From the IMG/VR virus record IMGVR_UViG_3300038393_000230, positions 1 to 25,333 of that record: 25,333 bases of DNA; one strand, given 5' to 3'. The position numbers were made by a program, and so were the translations under genes. This document shows, piece after piece, positions 24,919-25,333 of this stretch (positions are counted from its first letter, which is position 1; each line of letters begins with the position of its first letter). The notes under the pieces are model-generated. The model was given only the letters and a program-made list of their open reading frames with translations. It was not told the DNA's origin and searched no databases. The DNA is from a virus. Lineage: Duplodnaviria; Caudoviricetes.

Positions 24919-25333
24919 TACGCAGCCGCCGTGTCGTCGTCAGCCGATTCCAGCCGTTCCCGTAGGACTTCGGCGGGCTCGGGGAGCGGGGCTGCTGGCT
25001 GCACAGGTGCCGCGTACTGCGCCTGTAACGCCGCCACCACACCCTTGATCGGCCTGTCGTCGTTGAGCTTCCCGACCGTCAGCGCATCCAGCAGGATGGC
25101 GCAGCAGGCCATGACGTGGCCCAGGTGGTGAACCAAGGCGTCCGCCGATACGTCCTCGCCATCCCACCATGAGTCCAAGTGCCGGCGCGCTGCCCCGTAA
25201 TACACAGACGAACTGACCATGTGCTCGCGCCAGTTGTATGGGCCGTACTTGACCGCACCGTCCTTGAACGCCAGCGCCATGTAGTGCGATGCCACGGGCG
25301 GAACGAGGTGCAGAGGCACTTTCGTCGCCCCGA
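24918..25333 (-). CDS. dATP/dGTP diphosphohydrolase-domain (DUF5664-like) protein, 5' truncated by window
   Basis: Frame open to the window edge: GATKVPLHLVPP..GAVKYGPYNWR..YYGAARRHL..WWDGED..HHLGHVMAC..DDRP. Confidence 0.8.
   Translation of the reverse strand, partial: GATKVPLHLVPPVASHYMALAFKDGAVKYGPYNWREHMVSSSVYYGAARRHLDSWWDGEDVSADALVHHLGHVMACCAILLDALTVGKLNDDRPIKGVVAALQAQYAAPVQPAAPLPEPAEVLRERLESADDDTAAA

Larger units (their letters stand above)
1..25333. mobile_element. Temperate contractile-tailed phage (integrase, attP, complete virion morphogenesis and lysis modules); extends beyond both window edges
   Basis: Contiguous terminase-portal-scaffold-capsid-sheath-tube-TMP-baseplate-fibre order on the minus strand, plus lysis genes, an integrase and a tRNA-derived att core. 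No host housekeeping genes seen. Confidence 0.96.

Noticed and set aside
24918-25333. Z-genome (2-aminoadenine) phage
   Set aside because: The diphosphohydrolase domain alone is insufficient; no purZ, datZ or dedicated polymerase in the window.
1-25333. Tailocin, eCIS/T6SS or gene transfer agent
   Set aside because: Full head and packaging genes together with integrase and attP indicate a genuine temperate phage.

Overview
The whole window is one continuous stretch of a temperate phage with a contractile (Mu/P2-type) tail that infects a Gram-negative host. At the left are the 3' end of a tyrosine integrase and an apparently intact attP: a 45-bp 3' half of tRNA-Phe(GAA) flanked by 18-bp arm-type direct repeats. 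Phage DNA on both sides suggests the excised or free form rather than a prophage junction. The rest is almost entirely on the minus strand. Read right to left, it contains a dATP/dGTP diphosphohydrolase-like gene, an HTH-metallophosphoesterase, a lysis cassette (two holin-like genes, GH108 endolysin, overlapping spanins), an HNH-like gene, TerS/TerL, portal, scaffold, major capsid, head-tail genes, sheath, tube, a tail chaperone with a -1 frameshift extension, tape measure, baseplate genes and a Gly-rich tail fibre. The most notable accessory genes are three envelope-targeted ones: a secreted five-bladed beta-propeller glycoside hydrolase between the tail fibre and attP, a small exported protein inside the baseplate cluster, and an antisense membrane protein whose ATG overlaps the tape-measure ATG. 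A repeated hairpin/U-tract/SD module precedes six structural genes. All calls come from motifs and gene order read by eye; no database searches were run.
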